A DNA stretch of 58,477 nucleotides from a virus (taxonomy: Duplodnaviria > Caudoviricetes). Both the position numbers and the translations under genes were made by a program. Location: IMG/VR virus record IMGVR_UViG_3300030451_002321, positions 1 to 58,477 of that record; one strand, written 5' to 3'. This document shows positions 1 through 9,595 of this stretch, piece by piece. Numbering within the stretch: position 1 is the first letter of the stretch; each line of letters begins with the position of its first letter. A model generated the notes under the pieces. The model did not search any database. It saw nothing but the letters and a program-made list of their open reading frames with translations, and was not told the origin of the DNA.

Positions 1-24
1 GGGAAGGAAGATGGAGGGAACTGA

Positions 25-1419
25 ATGGAGCCGAAGAATTACTCAGCAGTACAGAAGCACGACATCTTGAGGGCATATCTGCACCACTTCTCGCTTACTT
101 CGATGAAGAACGAGGTACCGGGCCTCCTGTCCTTCTTCTTCGTGCAGGGTCAAGCCATCCTGCCCTACGTTCGCATTCCCACCGGTGATACGCACCTTGA
201 CCCCCGTGTACACGTCTTTTGGATTCAGCCATCACGTACGGGTAAGTCCATTGCTTGGAACTTCATTAGCGACATCTGCGAGCAGGCCGAGGTGCCTATC
301 GAGTTGTTTGCATCAGGTACGGACGCAGGGCTGATTGGCTCGACAGAAGCCGTGTTGGACGACGACGGCAAGCCCACCGGTGAGTACGAAACCATTGACG
401 GGCTGCTCGCGGGTCGCAAGGCCATCAACTTCGATGAAGGCTCCATCATCCTCAACCCCGGTAAGCACAGTCAGGAAACGGTCCTGTACCTACAAACCGC
501 TTGCAACCCAGTCGGTAGCGGTAACAACACGCTTGTCAAGCACATGAAGGGTAACAAGGTCGAGGCTGAGTCAAGCGTGTCCATGTGGATTACGACGTAC
601 CCACCCAAGGGTGTGAAGGAGTACGTCTTGACCAAGGGTATCTTCCAACGTGTGCTCCTGTACTGGAAGCACTGGGACATGGACGAGCGGCAGGGCGTGA
701 GCATGAAGCGGCTCAGCACTTTCTATCGCAAGCCCGTGGTGACTGAGTACTCCCGCGAAGACCTGTACGAGTACTTCCGTGAAACGCAGAAGTGGGTACG
801 GGACAAGTTGCTGAACCTCGCTGAAATCTCGTTCACAACATGGGATGAAATGTCCAAGGATGAGAAGGAAGAACTCGTACAGTCCCACATGTGGGACATG
901 TTCACCGCTGATGAGAACTACGAGATTGCGCTGCATCAGGCATCCGAGGAGGTGTACGACCTGCTGCGCGACATGGACCCATCCATGTCGGAAATTGTGG
1001 CGTCGTTCACTCCTGCCATTGAGAACTACCTCGGCATCTTCTCGACGCACATGGCGGTGCTTGAGCGCAGTGACGTGATTCAAGCGCACCACGTGGACAT
1101 GGCGCATGAAATCCTGCTCGACCTTTTCATCAACCTCATTTCATGGCTTGAGGACTCCGTGGAGATTGGTGGCAACAAGAACAAGGAGCAGAAGTTGCTC
1201 AACGACATGATGACTGCGTACAACGCCTGTCAGCAATACGAACTCGACCAGTCCGGTGACGGGTGGCGCAGGAAGCAGAACGTGGTGGCTGCGTACATGT
1301 CCGCCACTGGGCTTTCCAAGAGTTCGGCTGAGCGCCACTTCAAGGACTTCGGTGGCAAGTTGTTCACCGCCAAGAAGAGCAGTGGTCGCATTTACCTGCG
1401 TAGGAAGGGTGATGCCTGA
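25..1419 (+). CDS. MCM-like AAA+ ATPase/helicase (no N-terminal OB/Zn region, probable C-terminal winged helix)
   Basis: Walker A-like QPSRTGKS, MCM-like GTDAGLIGS, Walker B INFDEG and Arg-finger-like FQR; GGAGGGA RBS at 13-19. Confidence 0.7.
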   Translation: MEPKNYSAVQKHDILRAYLHHFSLTSMKNEVPGLLSFFFVQGQAILPYVRIPTGDTHLDPRVHVFWIQPSRTGKSIAWNFISDICEQAEVPIELFASGTDAGLIGSTEAVLDDDGKPTGEYETIDGLLAGRKAINFDEGSIILNPGKHSQETVLYLQTACNPVGSGNNTLVKHMKGNKVEAESSVSMWITTYPPKGVKEYVLTKGIFQRVLLYWKHWDMDERQGVSMKRLSTFYRKPVVTEYSREDLYEYFRETQKWVRDKLLNLAEISFTTWDEMSKDEKEELVQSHMWDMFTADENYEIALHQASEEVYDLLRDMDPSMSEIVASFTPAIENYLGIFSTHMAVLERSDVIQAHHVDMAHEILLDLFINLISWLEDSVEIGGNKNKEQKLLNDMMTAYNACQQYELDQSGDGWRRKQNVVAAYMSATGLSKSSAERHFKDFGGKLFTAKKSSGRIYLRRKGDA

Positions 1420-1715
1420 TGAATGAAAAAGAATGGAATGGAAAAATGAATGAAAAATGCAAATGGGCCTACACGCCTTGGAACACACCTGAATGGTGGA
1501 CCGTCCGTGATGAATTGACAACGAGTGTCATGCGTCAGATTCAACACCACATGGACGAACTCACGTCTTCCGCCACGGGCAGCGGTGACATGCACAAGGA
1601 CTACCAACTTCATGAGCATGACCTGAAGGAACTCGAAAAGTGGACCAAGAAACTCCACAATTTCATTCGCTTCGGGCGGTTTGACAAGGAAATTGTTGAC
1701 ACGTTCTTGGAGTGA
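1419..1715 (+). CDS. hypothetical protein (98 aa)
   Basis: TGATG overlap with the upstream stop; fits the tightly packed operon. Confidence 0.7.
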   Translation: MNEKEWNGKMNEKCKWAYTPWNTPEWWTVRDELTTSVMRQIQHHMDELTSSATGSGDMHKDYQLHEHDLKELEKWTKKLHNFIRFGRFDKEIVDTFLE

Positions 1716-1717
1716 TT

Positions 1718-1921
1718 ATGATGCCGAAGCAGTGCGAGTTCCGCTTCAAGAACTGGGGTAAGGCAGGTGACCCGTGCGAAGACGAGTACCTGCTCAACGA
1801 AGAGTTGATAGAGGTCACACAAGTGACCACACATGGCGAGCCTGTGGCTCGGTACTTTGCTTGCGAATCATGCATCAACGCAGCCAATAAGGTGATGAAG
1901 AATTACAGGGTGGTGTACTGA
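1718..1921 (+). CDS. small Cys-containing hypothetical protein, possibly Zn-binding
   Basis: ATG at 1718 after GGAGTG; C...C...CESC pattern; TGATG coupling to the next gene. Confidence 0.65.
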   Translation: MMPKQCEFRFKNWGKAGDPCEDEYLLNEELIEVTQVTTHGEPVARYFACESCINAANKVMKNYRVVY

Positions 1922-2529
1922 TGAGTGATGTTCTTGCACTGGACATTGAAACGGGCAACTACTCGTACGAGATTGGCGGGTGGGACAAGACCGCATCGTT
2001 TGAACCGACTGTGGTTGCAACGTGGGACGGGGCCGTAGGCAACGTGTACTGCAACAAGGCCGTGGACGTTGATGCTACGGTCAAGGAGTTGCACCCGCGT
2101 ACGTTGGGTGAAGACCTTGCAAAGCACGTTGAGGATGGCGGTGTGATTCTTGGTCACAACATTCGGAAGTTTGACCTACCTGTTCTTCGTGATGCTTTGG
2201 ACTGTTGGACTGCGGGCGACTTGCTCGGCAAGTCTGATGCTATCGTGGACACCAAGTTGCTCGTACAGAAAGCGGGCTTGACCGTTAAGGGCGGTGTTCA
2301 ATCATCATTGGGTGACTTGGTGAAGCACACGCTTTCGGATGCAAAACTGATGAGCAGCCACGATGCACCCGAAGCATGGCGTGCAGGCAAGTACGACGAG
2401 GTGGCGCAGTACTGCCTCAGTGACGCTCGCCTGACGCATGACCTGTACACGTTCGGTAAGTCGAACGGCTACATTCGCTCCCGTGTGATGAACACAGGGG
2501 AAGTGATTGATTTGGAGGTGGAATGGTGA
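1921..2529 (+). CDS. DEDD-family 3'-5' exonuclease (RNase H-like fold)
   Basis: ExoI LALDIETG, ExoII HNIRKFD, ExoIII YCLSD. Confidence 0.85.
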   Translation: MSDVLALDIETGNYSYEIGGWDKTASFEPTVVATWDGAVGNVYCNKAVDVDATVKELHPRTLGEDLAKHVEDGGVILGHNIRKFDLPVLRDALDCWTAGDLLGKSDAIVDTKLLVQKAGLTVKGGVQSSLGDLVKHTLSDAKLMSSHDAPEAWRAGKYDEVAQYCLSDARLTHDLYTFGKSNGYIRSRVMNTGEVIDLEVEW

Positions 2530-4025
2530 GTGATGAACCAAACAAGAGCAAGGCGCAAGTACACAACATCAGGGCGGCGAAGACGGTTGCGGAAACCGTC
2601 AAGTCCACACTGGGACCGTTGGGTATGGACAAGATGATGGTTGATGGTGGCGGCAACGTCATCGTTACGAACGACGGTGCGACGATTCTCCGTGAACTGG
2701 ACGTGTCGCATCCGGGCGGCAAGATGATTGCTGAGATTGCCAAGACGCAGGAGAGCCTGTGCTACGACGGTACGACGAGTACGGTTGTGCTCGCAGGTGC
2801 CCTGCTCGGTAACTCAGAAGCCCTGTTTGAGAAGGGGCTGCACCCCAACGTCATCTGCCGTGGGTACCATGAGGCCGCTCAAATGGCAGTGGAACATCTT
2901 GAGCAGTACGTTTCGCTTTACCGCAAGGACGTGCTTTCGTGGGTTGCCCGTACTGCAATCACCGGCAAGACGTTGGAATCGTCCATTGACACAGTGTCGC
3001 AACTGTGCGTTGAAGCCGTGAGCAAGGCAGGCGGGGACGCTGAGAGCGTCAAGGTCGTGTCCTTCCCCGGTGGTTCCATCGAAGACTCGTACCTGTACGG
3101 CGGCATCATCGTCAACAAGGATTACGTGCATGAGAGTGAGTCTGATGGCTACGGTCACATCGTGCTCATCAACACCGGTCTTGACCATGAAAAGGGTGAG
3201 GACAACGTGCAGGTGCAAATGGATGCGAATGCATATCAGTCCTACAAGAAGGGCGGGAATGCAGCACTCATCACAGACGCGAAGCACCTTGTGGACGCGC
3301 TACCCGAGGGCGGCGTTGTCTTTGTGCGTGACGGCGTGAACGACCACGTTGCTGCGTACCTGAAGAAGCACGACATCATGGTGGTGCGTCGTACCCCTGA
3401 GTCCACCGTGCGTGCGCTGAGCCGTGCCACTGGTGCTACGATTCATCAGACGCCCAGTGAGGTCGAAGGCAGCGTTGAGGCGCAGGTGCGCCGCGAGCGA
3501 CACAACGACGTGTGGTACTTGTTCGTGGAGAACGACCATGAGAGCAACGAGGCTACGCTCGTCTTGCGTGGTGCTACGACGCACACGCTTGACGAAGTGG
3601 AGCGCGGGTTTGACGATGCCCTTGGTGTCGTGTCCCTCGTCATGGGCGACGGTATGGTTGTGGTGGGTGGCGGTAACGCCTACGCTCGCATGGCCATGCA
3701 TCTGCGCTCTCACGCAAGCACCATCGGTGGACGCGCTCAGATGGCCATTGAAGCGTTTGCAGACGGCTTGGAGTCCATCCCTGCCACCATCGCTGAGAAC
3801 GCGGGCCACGACCCCCTCAACACCATTCTCGACATGCGCCACGAACTGATGAGCGGCAACCCGTACGCCGGACCCGATGTGGTCAACGGTGGCGTGATGG
3901 ACTTGCTTGAGGCTCAGGTGGTGGAACCTGCTGCTCTTGTGCGTCAGGCCGTTCTCAGCGCCGCTGAAGTCAGCAACGCCATCCTGCGTATTGACGACAT
4001 CATTGCACGGAGGCCGATGGAGTGA
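2523..4025 (+). CDS. ths: viral group II chaperonin (thermosome subunit)
   Basis: [37 protein letters not shown] and C-terminal ILRIDDII are thermosome/TCP-1 signatures. Confidence 0.95.
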   Translation: MVSDEPNKSKAQVHNIRAAKTVAETVKSTLGPLGMDKMMVDGGGNVIVTNDGATILRELDVSHPGGKMIAEIAKTQESLCYDGTTSTVVLAGALLGNSEALFEKGLHPNVICRGYHEAAQMAVEHLEQYVSLYRKDVLSWVARTAITGKTLESSIDTVSQLCVEAVSKAGGDAESVKVVSFPGGSIEDSYLYGGIIVNKDYVHESESDGYGHIVLINTGLDHEKGEDNVQVQMDANAYQSYKKGGNAALITDAKHLVDALPEGGVVFVRDGVNDHVAAYLKKHDIMVVRRTPESTVRALSRATGATIHQTPSEVEGSVEAQVRRERHNDVWYLFVENDHESNEATLVLRGATTHTLDEVERGFDDALGVVSLVMGDGMVVVGGGNAYARMAMHLRSHASTIGGRAQMAIEAFADGLESIPATIAENAGHDPLNTILDMRHELMSGNPYAGPDVVNGGVMDLLEAQVVEPAALVRQAVLSAAEVSNAILRIDDIIARRPME

Positions 4026-4126
4026 CCGCCTGCATAGTCTGCCACCGCTCTTGCATGAAATGCCATCTAATCGAAGGCATTTGTGAAGATTGCATGGAGG
4101 CTGACTTGCATGGGGAGACTCCTTGA
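4022..4126 (+). CDS. 34-aa triple-CxxC zinc-finger microprotein (not in ORF track)
   Basis: GTG overlaps the thermosome TGA, GGAGG 8 nt upstream; translates to [34 protein letters not shown]. Confidence 0.6.
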   Translation: MTACIVCHRSCMKCHLIEGICEDCMEADLHGETP

Positions 4127-4271
4127 CCGGTTGAAGTCAAAGTGCCGTCGTTGTGGTCACTGGCACATTCCGCATAGGCTGCAAGCCGTGTATTTGAATG
4201 GCACTAAAACAAAGGTGAAGTTGCTTGAGTGCCGCGAATGCGGTCACTTGTGGCGTGAGAAAAACACGTGA
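4110..4271 (+). CDS. zinc-ribbon microprotein (53 aa)
   Basis: CRRCGH...CRECGHLW; ATG at 4110 preceded by GGAGG at 4096-4100. Confidence 0.7.
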   Translation: MGRLLDRLKSKCRRCGHWHIPHRLQAVYLNGTKTKVKLLECRECGHLWREKNT

Positions 4272-4336
4272 AACAATACGAATGGTGCGACAACAAGAAG
4301 GATGATGGCGAGCACTACGTCTGCAAGCAAGCGACT

Positions 4337-4351
4337 GTACACCACGTGTAC
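4337..4351. terminator. short inverted repeat in the gap between the convergent arms (possible terminator element)
   Basis: GTACAC-CAC-GTGTAC in the only convergent intergenic region; weak stem, no T-tract. Confidence 0.2.
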
Positions 4352-4357
4352 CACCAA

Positions 4358-4534
4358 TCAAGATGCCATCCACGCTTGTATTTGAGTGAGCGTAGGAGCG
4401 GTGCCGAAGCCTGATGGGGGCCATTGGTCGGCGTGATACGTTTGCCCTGATGAGGACGATGTGACCACCGCAAACTCAGCAAAATCAAGCGTAGGGTATT
4501 GGCCTTGAATGGCCTCTTGCATCGTTTTACTCAT
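4358..4534 (-). CDS. 58-aa XkdW-like tail-fibre-associated protein (not in ORF track)
   Basis: TGATG coupling to the fibre gene; MSKTMQEAIQGQYPTLDF...QWPP...APTLTQIQAWMAS resembles the XkdW pattern AI.x.YP...DF...W....PT...W. Confidence 0.65.
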   Translation of the reverse strand: MSKTMQEAIQGQYPTLDFAEFAVVTSSSSGQTYHADQWPPSGFGTAPTLTQIQAWMAS

Positions 4535-6711
4535 CAGGAATCACCAACCCTTCGTACACTCCATCGGCAGTATTCCCCACCGCGCAATTGCGTAGTTCCT
4601 GTATCTGATTGGTTTGCATCATCCCTAACGAAAAAGTAAATCTCAAGCGTGTCCGTAGCCGCCAATACTACATCAGTTGAAACCGCTGAGGTCTTTGCTG
4701 AATAATCCCTCATGGTCCCCGACCCTTGCCTAATCAGCACCGACCCGTTTTTATAAATAGCAACGTGAATCTGATAATCGTGAGAAGCAGTCCTTCCCAA
4801 CGTTGAATTAGTCCCTGTAAAACCAACTTGAGCGTGAACTGTGTACAGACCACCTTGGCCTGATGGTACAGTGAATGTTTCAGCGTCCGTGGCACTGTCA
4901 AGAGCGAGGGTGTTGCTGCTGATTGTGTCCCAGTACTCAACCTTGTGCCACGTACCCGCCGTGAGTGTCGCATCATTGGTATCGGTACCAACCTTCGCAG
5001 TGAAATACAGTGGGTCAACGAAGCCCTGCTTTGCAGTATTCGCTGCAACCGTTGGGTCAGCAGCAATCGCAACTGCAAAGTCACTGATGGTGGCAGCAAC
5101 TTGCGTACCAGTGTGATTGGCACGATTCTTCAGGTTTGCATCAGTGTCATTTGCAGTAGCACTTGATGCGATGCCGTCCAACTTGGTCTTGTCTGCGGCG
5201 GACATGGACCCCGCTGCGCCTGTTGTGGCTGCACTGATACCGATTGTACCTGTCCCCGTGATGGTGCCGCCTGTAATGGGTGCCGTCGTAGCGACACTGG
5301 TGACTGTACCCGCACCACCTCCAACTTCACTGCTACCGAAGTACAATTTGTTTGAGTCACCGGAGTTGACCCAAATCGTCTTGGCTGCATCTGTACCGGG
5401 GTTACTCCCAACGGCAGTGAACTCAACCCCCGTTGGGTCTATCAATCCGGTTACAGTGAGTTTGCCATTGACAGTAAAGGTGGACGTACCGGTAGTCCAA
5501 AACAACTTGGTGTCGCTTGTGAAACCACCACCACCGTCAGACAACTGCACCATGCCTGTTGCACCATGACCGTTAGGCGAAGTTGCACCGCTTGCGAAAA
5601 TGACGCTCTTCCAATTGCTACCGTCGTACACGAACAGTGCGGACTCCTTGCCCAAGATGACGCTTCCAAGGCCACCGTTGTCGAAGGTAATGCCGTTCGT
5701 GCCGTGTGCTGCGTGATTGCTGACGAACACCATGTGCCCCTTGGGGAACGTACCGCTTGGATTGAATTGATGTGCCGAGCCGGGTGTGATGACGAAAATG
5801 CTGCTCTCGTCATACGTGAACGTCGTTGTGGAACTGGGCGTCAATGCCTTGACGCTTGAAGGGCCGAGCACGTGAGTGTGACGGGTGCTACTGTCTGTCT
5901 TGGCCGAGTAGTACAGAAGCGAGTCACCGTCAGCGTTGTACGATTGCCACAGTGCTCCAACACGGCTACCTGCAAGGCTACCCGCTTCGTCACCGGAGTG
6001 GAACGCATCGGGGTTCGTTGCAGCCGTAGTTGCAGCAACCGCGCCACTTGTAACAGGACTGAAGTAAATGGGGCTTGGGCGTACGAACGCACGCTTGTCG
6101 TTGATTTCGCTGATGCTCACCTTGTAGTCGCCACCGGTTGCACTGTACACGGCACGCAACGTAGCGAGGACCGTGGTGTTGCGGTTGGTCAACGAGCCGG
6201 GTGCGTTGAGGAATGCAGAAGGCGTGGTGGGGTAGGTGTTGGATGCCGTCGTGACCGCCGTGCCCATCTCCCAGTACACGTGCTTGGCGTTGTCGTCAGC
6301 AGACAGGTACACGACCACCAGTGCCTCTTGTCCGCTCGTCAGGGCCGTGGGGCTACCCGTCTTGCTCGTACTGGAAGAACTGATTACGATGTCCGTACTG
6401 TTGCCGGGTCCATCTGCAAAGGCGTACAAGACACCATCAAGAACGGCCAATCCACCCTGTACGCGGAACGTGTAGGAGTTCGTCTGCTGATTGCACGCAC
6501 CGGGTAGGTTCTCAGGGTCATCGCGGTCCCCGTCACCATACGCAGTGTCCTCCTCAAGCAGAATCCCGTTGCCGTGGATTCCCTCAAGGAAATTGGTCAA
6601 CGTAGGGCTGAGAATGTGGTCCCCGTCCGTCAGCCCGTCAGCGGGCTGCGCTGAGCCACTGAGCGTCATGTTGGCCTTGGTGTGTCCTGAAAGTGGGTTA
6701 CCTGCCATCAT
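4534..6711 (-). CDS. tail fibre / receptor-binding protein with C-terminal C1q/TNF-like domain
   Basis: Gly/Thr/Ser-rich; fibre motifs GTVTSV, MSAADKTKLDGIA and NRANHTGTQ; C-terminal TFTVP..GGLYTVHAQV...IYKNG...DTLEIY. Confidence 0.75.
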   Translation of the reverse strand: MMAGNPLSGHTKANMTLSGSAQPADGLTDGDHILSPTLTNFLEGIHGNGILLEEDTAYGDGDRDDPENLPGACNQQTNSYTFRVQGGLAVLDGVLYAFADGPGNSTDIVISSSSTSKTGSPTALTSGQEALVVVYLSADDNAKHVYWEMGTAVTTASNTYPTTPSAFLNAPGSLTNRNTTVLATLRAVYSATGGDYKVSISEINDKRAFVRPSPIYFSPVTSGAVAATTAATNPDAFHSGDEAGSLAGSRVGALWQSYNADGDSLLYYSAKTDSSTRHTHVLGPSSVKALTPSSTTTFTYDESSIFVITPGSAHQFNPSGTFPKGHMVFVSNHAAHGTNGITFDNGGLGSVILGKESALFVYDGSNWKSVIFASGATSPNGHGATGMVQLSDGGGGFTSDTKLFWTTGTSTFTVNGKLTVTGLIDPTGVEFTAVGSNPGTDAAKTIWVNSGDSNKLYFGSSEVGGGAGTVTSVATTAPITGGTITGTGTIGISAATTGAAGSMSAADKTKLDGIASSATANDTDANLKNRANHTGTQVAATISDFAVAIAADPTVAANTAKQGFVDPLYFTAKVGTDTNDATLTAGTWHKVEYWDTISSNTLALDSATDAETFTVPSGQGGLYTVHAQVGFTGTNSTLGRTASHDYQIHVAIYKNGSVLIRQGSGTMRDYSAKTSAVSTDVVLAATDTLEIYFFVRDDANQSDTGTTQLRGGEYCRWSVRRVGDS

Positions 6712-7052
6712 TCCACCTCGATTGTGATTTGGATTTTCATTTCCTTGGACCCGTTCTTCGTGTACGGCACGATGTTGAATCGTCCCACGGGCAGGAAGTC
6801 ATTGGTGTTGCGCATCTGTACGTACACTTCACGCAGTGATTCAGTGAAAGACTCATCGAAAGGCACGGTCGCTTCAACCAACACTGATGTTTCGTCAACG
6901 ATGGTCACTTCGGGCGTGAGTGTGATGGCGGGTCGTCCCGCTGCTCCGTCGTCACTGGTCGCAGGTGTACCGTCGAAGCCAAGCGTCACCTCGTTGATGT
7001 TGTCCCTGATTGTTTCAATCAGCAAACGGCGCAGATGATTCGACACAGGCAT
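6708..7052 (-). CDS. baseplate / fibre-attachment protein (putative)
   Basis: Lies between hub and fibre genes; beta-rich with LREVYV motif; coupled by an ATGA overlap. Confidence 0.5.
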   Translation of the reverse strand: MPVSNHLRRLLIETIRDNINEVTLGFDGTPATSDDGAAGRPAITLTPEVTIVDETSVLVEATVPFDESFTESLREVYVQMRNTNDFLPVGRFNIVPYTKNGSKEMKIQITIEVE

Positions 7053-8452
7053 CAGTTCACCTCCTCCGGTCCTTTGGTCACTCCGATGGGCAACCCGTTG
7101 CCACCGATTTTGCCACGTGTGCGCGTCCCTTTAACGCCGCCGATGAGGATTGCAGTAGCCTCAACGCGCCTGCTCGTCACCTTGGCGCTGATGATGAGGT
7201 CCACTTCACCGAAGAACGACAGGTTGCTTTCGACACGCTGCACGTAGGTCGAGGGGTTCTCGTTGTTGCTGAGCACCGTGGATGACTCACCGATGCCCTG
7301 CAAGACGCCCTCAAGCCCCGTTTCGATGTTTAGCATGGTGAAGTCGCTGATGGACTCAAGCGGCTTGTGTACGACCTCCGTGACGACCTTGTTCTTGCCG
7401 TTGAATCGAATGACCGTACCGGGGCGCACATGCGTCATGTTTTCGTTGCCGCTTGATGTGAGAGCACCCTTGGTCAACGATTGCCCCTTCAGGATTTGTC
7501 GAGCGGTACGACGTGCTGCGTTTGCAGTTCGTACGGTGTGGTCAACGATAGGCGAGGGGTCTTCGCGGATTTCCTCAACCTGTCCCTCAGCATCGCTGAC
7601 GGTGACGATGACCATATCGTTGAGCGCCAACGGTAGGCCCTGAATGGTCACGGCGTTGGTGGTGTTGTCCACTGGGCTTTCCTTGAGCGTACCAAGTCCA
7701 CCGTCGTTGTTGATTTCGACGTTGCTTTCACTGAATGTGACGGGCACGTACAGGAGATTACCGAAGCGGTCAAGCAGGACAATACGACTGTCATGACGAC
7801 CAAGGAAGCGTAGCGCGGTCATTAGATTGGAGTTGTTGAAATCCTGCCCGACGAATCGAGTACTATGGTTGCGATAAGACGTGGACGTGTTGCGCGGGCG
7901 TGATAGGCCAACACTGGTCGCACCGTTGGTTGCTGCTTCACCCAGTCGTACGGCAAGGTCACTGGTGCGCAGTCCAACGCCTACGGGCTGACCGAGCCGT
8001 ACACCGTCACCGTCGAAGCCAATGGATTGCAGCGTGCGCCCCTTCATGTTCTTCATGCCAATCAAAATGCCCACGGCACGGTCAGTGATGCTATCACCGA
8101 CAAGCCGTTGCGCATAATTCGACACGTTGTACAACAATTTAGGCTGATTTGAATTGGAAATTACATCGGTGCCAAAATACGGCGTGCCTGAGTAGGAGTG
8201 ACCGTCTGCACCCTTGTGCGTCAGTTGCACGTCAGACTCACCCTCAACGAGCGTGTACTCGCGCTCGGGCATGACCTGCAAGGTGCGCGTCATGTTGCGC
8301 TCCACGGTCACCTTGGGCTTACCGCTGCGTTGTACGCTGAGCCTGCCGTAGTGTACTGCATTGTCCACGAACACCGGCTTACGCACGTGGGTCATCACTT
8401 CGGTTGCATCGGTGTTGTACCGACCAACAACAGTGTCCCGAATCAGTGTCAT
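7052..8452 (-). CDS. tail hub / baseplate protein (Mu gp44 / P2 gpD-like fold, putative)
   Basis: LDRFGNLLY, NAVTIQG, AARRTARQIL and VRPGTVI...VVTEVVH follow the hub-protein pattern; tail-tip context. Confidence 0.55.
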   Translation of the reverse strand: MTLIRDTVVGRYNTDATEVMTHVRKPVFVDNAVHYGRLSVQRSGKPKVTVERNMTRTLQVMPEREYTLVEGESDVQLTHKGADGHSYSGTPYFGTDVISNSNQPKLLYNVSNYAQRLVGDSITDRAVGILIGMKNMKGRTLQSIGFDGDGVRLGQPVGVGLRTSDLAVRLGEAATNGATSVGLSRPRNTSTSYRNHSTRFVGQDFNNSNLMTALRFLGRHDSRIVLLDRFGNLLYVPVTFSESNVEINNDGGLGTLKESPVDNTTNAVTIQGLPLALNDMVIVTVSDAEGQVEEIREDPSPIVDHTVRTANAARRTARQILKGQSLTKGALTSSGNENMTHVRPGTVIRFNGKNKVVTEVVHKPLESISDFTMLNIETGLEGVLQGIGESSTVLSNNENPSTYVQRVESNLSFFGEVDLIISAKVTSRRVEATAILIGGVKGTRTRGKIGGNGLPIGVTKGPEEVN

Positions 8453-9075
8453 GCATTCGCCGCCTCAGCATATGGTACAGTGTCGGCCCACCTGCCTTCG
8501 TCCAGTAGGTTCTTGTTGCGTCCTTCCAACATACCATAGTAGCGGGCGATTGATTGAGGTGTTTGGTGATACGATGAGTTAGGAGGGGAAATCCGCACAA
8601 GTTTTTCAGGAGGTATTTCACTGAGCACCATGGCCTCATTCAATCCTTCGGGGGACTGAGAACGACCACGGAACATGAAATCGAGTTGTCTTGGGTTTCC
8701 TCGGAATCCAATGAATGGGTCAGATTCGTAGCCTCTTTGCGTAGCAACCCGCTTCATGTCATAGGAGTACGGCAACGTCCACCACGTACCCGGTTCGTCG
8801 GTTGGGATTTCCTTGATACCCCTACTACTACGGTATTGCTCCTCAAATCCTGTGTTATGCGCACTTTGCGGTAGCGGCTTTACGCCTTCTTGGAACACTT
8901 GCTCCATTCGCTCAGGGCTTAACCTACGCACGAGTGTCATTTCACCATGCGAAGACGGGAATCTTGGGTGGTACTCACCAAGTTCTGTTTGACGAGTTCG
9001 TGGTGGTGCTTGACCCGGCCCGTACGTGGTCTGCGCTTTAGCGAGAAGCGCCCAAGCAAGGTCAAACGGAGTCAT
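8449..9075 (-). CDS. putative ADP-ribosyltransferase-fold protein with N-terminal FDxAWxLLxK motif
   Basis: TLVRR...VFQEGVKP...GTWWT...NEAMVLSEIPPEKL matches ART strand spacing; N-terminus MTPFDLAWALLAKA. Confidence 0.5.
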   Translation of the reverse strand: MTPFDLAWALLAKAQTTYGPGQAPPRTRQTELGEYHPRFPSSHGEMTLVRRLSPERMEQVFQEGVKPLPQSAHNTGFEEQYRSSRGIKEIPTDEPGTWWTLPYSYDMKRVATQRGYESDPFIGFRGNPRQLDFMFRGRSQSPEGLNEAMVLSEIPPEKLVRISPPNSSYHQTPQSIARYYGMLEGRNKNLLDEGRWADTVPYAEAANA

Positions 9076-9077
9076 GC

Positions 9078-9593
9078 TCACCACTTGCTTCGGTTTGCCC
9101 AGTATGCGGCGCTCATCTTGCCGCGCTTGATGTTCTTGGCGTGACGAGCCTTGAACGACTCGCGGCGCTTACGGTAGGACTTGGATTCACCGCGCTTCTT
9201 GGGCGAGCCGGAAACGCCCTGCTGCCCGTAGCGAATGACCTTGACCTTGTTACCCTCCTTAGCCACGACAACGTGACTCTTCTTGGGATGATTTGGCGTG
9301 CGCTTGGGCTTGTTGTACCCGCTCACACCGATGCGCTTGAGGCGTGGGTCAGGCTTCTTTGCCTTCTGAAATCCTCCACTCAATGGAGAGCCGCATGTTT
9401 GACAGACGCCTGCGCTTGCAGGAGTTTGAGCAAGGCAATATGGGTTGGAGCATTGTGCCATACCGGGTTGTATTCCAATCATCCGACGCTTCACAATCAC
9501 GTCACTCTTCTTGACCTTTTCTTCCTTCTTGGGCTTGCCCAACGCAATGACAACGACCATGCCCTTTTTGCCTTTAGGCTCATCTTTCGCCAT
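9078..9593 (-). CDS. highly basic virion-type protein with internal zinc ribbon
   Basis: K/R-rich; CSNPYC...CQTC; C-terminal KVIRYGQ...RRESFKARH...SAAYWA module of a kind common in marine viruses. Confidence 0.75.
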   Translation of the reverse strand: MAKDEPKGKKGMVVVIALGKPKKEEKVKKSDVIVKRRMIGIQPGMAQCSNPYCLAQTPASAGVCQTCGSPLSGGFQKAKKPDPRLKRIGVSGYNKPKRTPNHPKKSHVVVAKEGNKVKVIRYGQQGVSGSPKKRGESKSYRKRRESFKARHAKNIKRGKMSAAYWANRSKW

Positions 9594-9595
9594 GG

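Noticed and set aside
25-4025. Interpreting the MCM-like/exonuclease/thermosome arm as host chromosome flanking a provirus
   Set aside because: The genes are divergent and compact, share the viral k-mer avoidance and RBS style, and no integrase, att site or tRNA lies at the junction.
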